DNA from: Octopus vulgaris
Taxonomy: Eukaryota
DNA: 64,000 bases
Reading direction: 5' to 3'
Assembly (NCBI GenBank): GCA_951406725.2
Contig: OX597826.1
Location: 17,360,001-17,424,000 of the forward strand
Shown piece after piece: positions 61,364 to 64,000 of the stretch; position 1 is the first letter of the stretch, and each line of letters opens with the position of its first letter. The notes below the pieces were generated by a model. It worked only from the letters and a program-made list of their open reading frames with translations. It did no database searches and was not told where the DNA came from. The position numbers and the translations under genes are program-made.

Positions 61364-62115
61364 TGTATGAATGCTTCCATGTATGCATGTATGCTTCCAT
61401 TTATGTATATATGTAAGCACGTATATATGTATACATGTATGTTTGTCAGTATATATGCATCTACATATATATATAAGTATGTGTGTGTATACAGTCCAGT
61501 ATGTATGAATCTATTTGTCTTGATTTTTAAAATTCTGGAATACTTTACGAATTTTCAGAATTCTGTTATTAGCGTGCTACTATAGTTTTCTAATTAATGG
61601 CATCCTTATTGGTTTTATGAAGACCAACTTCTCCAGATTGGTTTTGAAGTATTTAGTTACATAATCAGATGCTTCAATAATCACGGCTATAAATCTATAA
61701 TTATCGCCCAGCTGAACTATTTGCCGATTTCGCGTTAGTTCACCAAAGACATTCTCTTATGTTTTGTATGTGCGCAGGTAGTTACATTGTATGTGCAAGT
61801 TATGCGTATAAACGTGTATAAAAGCATGACGTATGCATGCACGTCACATAAGCGCATATCATGTAGGTATTTTGCAAATTATATAAGTGCATGTACCTAT
61901 GTAAAGAGAAGAGGGTAAGAAGTAGAAAAGACAGAGAGAGAGAGGGAGAAACAAACAGACTGACAGCCTAACAGACTGACAGAGACAGAGAAAAACAGAA
62001 TTTGTAAATTAATTATTTTTCTTTTTTTGTTTTGCTAATTACTCACTGGACTGAGATGTAAAAGATGATTATTGTCAACGAAAAATAATAACAGCTTTCA
62101 TTTTTTTAATTTAGA

Positions 62116-62660
<545 letters not shown>

Positions 62661-62739
62661 GAGTATATTTATGTGAGTGAGTACATATGTATGTGTATGC
62701 GTTTGGGGATAAGTGATATAGGTGTGTCCGTGATTGCGA

Positions 62740-62847
<108 letters not shown>

Positions 62848-62909
62848 AGGACACTTTCGAGTGCTACTGGTAACATGTAATCCAGTACAACCTGTTGCAT
62901 GCTAGGATC

Positions 62910-63225
62910 GTCGGCGACTAAACCGGCAACCCCACCAAGCTTACTTGGTGAGGAGGGTGTTTATTGGACATCCTGCGGGATGAAAAACAAAACCCGTCAA
63001 AGGGCGGGGGAACTCTTGAGAGTCAACGGCCATCCAATAAATGTCTTAAGGATGTATCATGCGCGGGGACATAGAAGTAATCGGACTGAATACCCGATCG
63101 CGCAGTTAAACCATTGGGAGTGAAGGACTCCTAGCCTTTGTAAGGGCATCCTTCTAGGAGAAGGTAACTCAGGTAACTGGGATAACTCCGACATAAATCC
63201 TGCAGGTCAGCCTTTCCTCACTTTA
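62910..63225 (+). mobile_element. RTE-type LINE 5'-UTR-like fragment
   Basis: GC-rich island with GGGCATCC.TCTAGGAGAAGG.AACTC, a motif I associate with RTE 5' regions. Confidence 0.45.
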
Positions 63226-63313
63226 AAAAAAATCTTCTTGCACAGGCATTGCACGATAACAACATTGATTAAGCTTCGTGCAATGGCGATACTCGATAAC
63301 GAGGGGGCAGCCA

Positions 63314-63315
<2 letters not shown>

Positions 63316-63375
<60 letters not shown>

Positions 63376-63467
63376 TATATATATATATATATATACATAT
63401 ATATACACATATATATACATATATATATATCATATATATATATGTATACATATATATATATATATAC

Positions 63468-63500
<33 letters not shown>

Positions 63501-63561
63501 CATATATACATATATACATACATATGAATGTGTATATATACATATATATATATACACATTC

Positions 63562-63624
<63 letters not shown>

Positions 63625-63795
63625 TATATATGCTTTTTCTGTTCAATATACTCAAACATATACACATACATTATGTGTATGCATGTAGATACCTATACAT
63701 ATCCATATATATATATATATATGGGGGGTGTATGTATATGTATATATATATATATTTATGTATGTATGTGTGTATGTATGTAAGCATGTATGTAT
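63316..63795. repeat. Compound (TA)/(CATA) microsatellite
   Basis: Directly visible. Confidence 0.95.
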
Positions 63796-64000
63796 TTCTT
63801 TGAAAGTACAAAGTTTTGTGCTGATCATTATCAGCAACTGACTTTGTTGTTGTGCAGTTGTTGATTTCGGTGTTTTTTACTACTTTTTGGGTTGGGGAGT
63901 GGCCATTCCTTCGGTTGTATTTTTGATATTTGACCTCCTCTTCCATTGACCTTTTATGTCTTGTCCCTTGAGACAAATATTGTAGTTGGTTTGCAAAGGT

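Overview
Eukaryotic, AT-rich, microsatellite-saturated DNA, most consistent with an Octopus genome (inferred from the tRNA-derived SINE families and the repeat landscape). Almost every ORF in the supplied track is a translated simple repeat. One credible host-gene exon is visible: a minus-strand signal-peptide first coding exon at 27210-27111 with a phase-1 GTCAGT donor, preceded by two uORFs chained by stop/start overlaps. The rest is intronic or intergenic and made of decayed transposons: a Chapaev/CMC-like transposase, R4/Dong-like, RTE and CR1 LINE relics, two Neptune-type Penelope-like elements (PLEs), several Tc1/mariner elements and MITEs, and many copies of 3-4 SINE-like families. The strongest hidden signal is at least seven minimal type-I hammerhead-ribozyme motifs. 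Three have intact CUGAUGA/GAAA cores and self-complementary stem III. They sit in short PLE-derived or retrozyme-like modules embedded in (TA)n. Family assignments are by eye and coordinates of decayed repeats are approximate.
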